This document shows positions 62,749 to 64,000 of a stretch of 64,000 nucleotides of DNA, one piece after another (the first letter of the stretch is position 1; each line of letters begins with the position of its first letter). This DNA comes from Adineta vaga. Its lineage: Eukaryota; Animalia; Rotifera. The DNA is taken from NCBI GenBank assembly GCA_021613535.1, contig CP075493.1, positions 11,656,001 through 11,720,000 on the forward strand. Reading direction: 5' to 3'. The notes under the pieces are model-generated. The model was not told the origin of the DNA. It did not search any database and was given only the letters and a program-made list of their open reading frames with translations. The position numbers were made by a program, and so were the translations under genes.

Positions 62749-64000
62749 ATGGCACGTTCTAATGACGATTCATCACAACATCGAAAGTTAGCATTAGTCA
62801 TTGGAAATGGCGATTATAGTCTACGAGAAAATCGATTAGATTATTCAAGAAAAAATGCTCAAAGTATTGCCAATTTATTAGAACAACTAGGATTCGATGT
62901 GAAACTTGCCCATGATTTACCTAAACATGAATTGACCACATGTATTATTGATTTTTCTAAAAAAATCGAAGATGGTGATTTAGTCGTATTCTATTTCTGT
63001 GGTCATGCATGTTATAGTAACGGCGATAACTATCTCATACCCGTCTGTGATAATCAGATAGTTGCACAAGACGATATGAAGGACTTTGCTAATAAATACG
63101 AACATATGGTATCACGTATACTAGAAAAAAATGAATCATATGTAACTATTCTAATTTTTGACTGTGCAAAATCATATTTAACAAAGAGTACAAGAAAATC
63201 AAAATGTAAGTATAAGATCATTAAATGCTTTGAAAAGATACAAGTCATATTAATTTAGCATTAAGCCAATGTGATGGATTAGTGGAGACAAAACCATCTG
63301 CTGGAACAATAGTGCAATTTGCCCGTTCTACTAATCAACATGCAAAAGACAATAATGATACAGGCTCGTACAATTTATATTTTAGACATTTATTAAATAG
63401 CATTGCTGAAGAAAATGTTGATATTGCGGATGCTTTTCAACGTATTGACAATGCTGTACGCCAGGAAAGTAAAAATACACAAAAACCTGTATCTATGAAT
63501 GGTTTACGCAAAAACCAATTGATTTGCCTCAATCTTGTTGTCAAACCTGTTGAGAGTAAGTTGATATTAATATGTACAAAAGAATTGCATCTTTCTGTCG
63601 CTCTTACTCTCTCATCAATCTATCGGTTTTGTAATTTATAGAATGGGATGAAATCAAACCAAGTGAGATGGCATCCGTAAAGAAAAAACAAACGGAGATG
63701 AGGGCGTGTTATGATAATTTTCCAAGTATTGATGATCTTACCAAAAAAAACAAACCAAGTATTGCAAGAGCAGAGAAATTGACACAACAGATTTTATCAC
63801 AACCACCATCGGGAGATGCCGGGCAAAGGGATACTGCATGCCATGTTCTACACAAACTCTTCGAACAGGAAAATCAAGAATGTTTATTCTTTGATTCCAC
63901 TCAAAACATGACACTTCATGATGCATCAGGAAGTTTGGCTGATTTTAGTTCTCAAGAAAAACCATTTGTTTTAAAATTAAACAATGTCGATGGACTCGGT
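62749..64000 (+). CDS. Peptidase C14 caspase-like protein with additional C-terminal domain; runs off the window end
   Basis: RKLALVIGN.DY, YFCGHA, NYLIP, FDCAK and a p10 exon. A third exon from 63642 stays open to 64000. Confidence 0.85.

Noticed and set aside
63741-63751. Suspected homopolymer frameshift in the last caspase-like exon
   Set aside because: Counting the A8 run shows the frame stays open (TKKNKPS) to the window end.
1-64000. Alternative genetic code or stop-codon reassignment explaining in-frame stops
   Set aside because: TAA, TAG and TGA all terminate intact genes here, and the internal stops are of all three types and confined to decaying genes.

Overview
AT-rich eukaryotic DNA with many short GT-AG introns (mostly 45-65 bp). 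The gene content points to a bdelloid rotifer: orphan rhodopsin GPCRs, an LDLa-EGF-GPCR, NHL and Kelch proteins with Cys-rich leaders, F-box/LRR proteins, bacterial-type C14 caspase domains, many apparently foreign enzymes, and TGTGGG/TGAGGG telomere-like motifs. This assignment is an inference. There are about 30 genes or pseudogenes, roughly a quarter to a third of them disrupted. The main candidate system is a co-oriented cluster at 23.6-33.1 kb. It contains a microbial-type PARG fused to PBZ-like zinc fingers, a putative ADP-ribosyltransferase-fold protein, a standalone PBZ-cassette protein with an RS/protamine-like tail, and an RS/His-tailed CAP protein. It may be a writer/reader/eraser ADP-ribosylation module; the writer call is unverified. 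Other highlights are an animal nicotianamine synthase-like gene, a spliced CSab defensin missed by the ORF track, and a Hedgehog-type Hint protein with only a ~30-aa secreted peptide. There is also a five-unit knottin with paired Cys loss, a gene-converted GT90 tandem pair, and dispersed hairpin elements with telomere-like arms. All calls come from reading motifs by eye; no searches were run.
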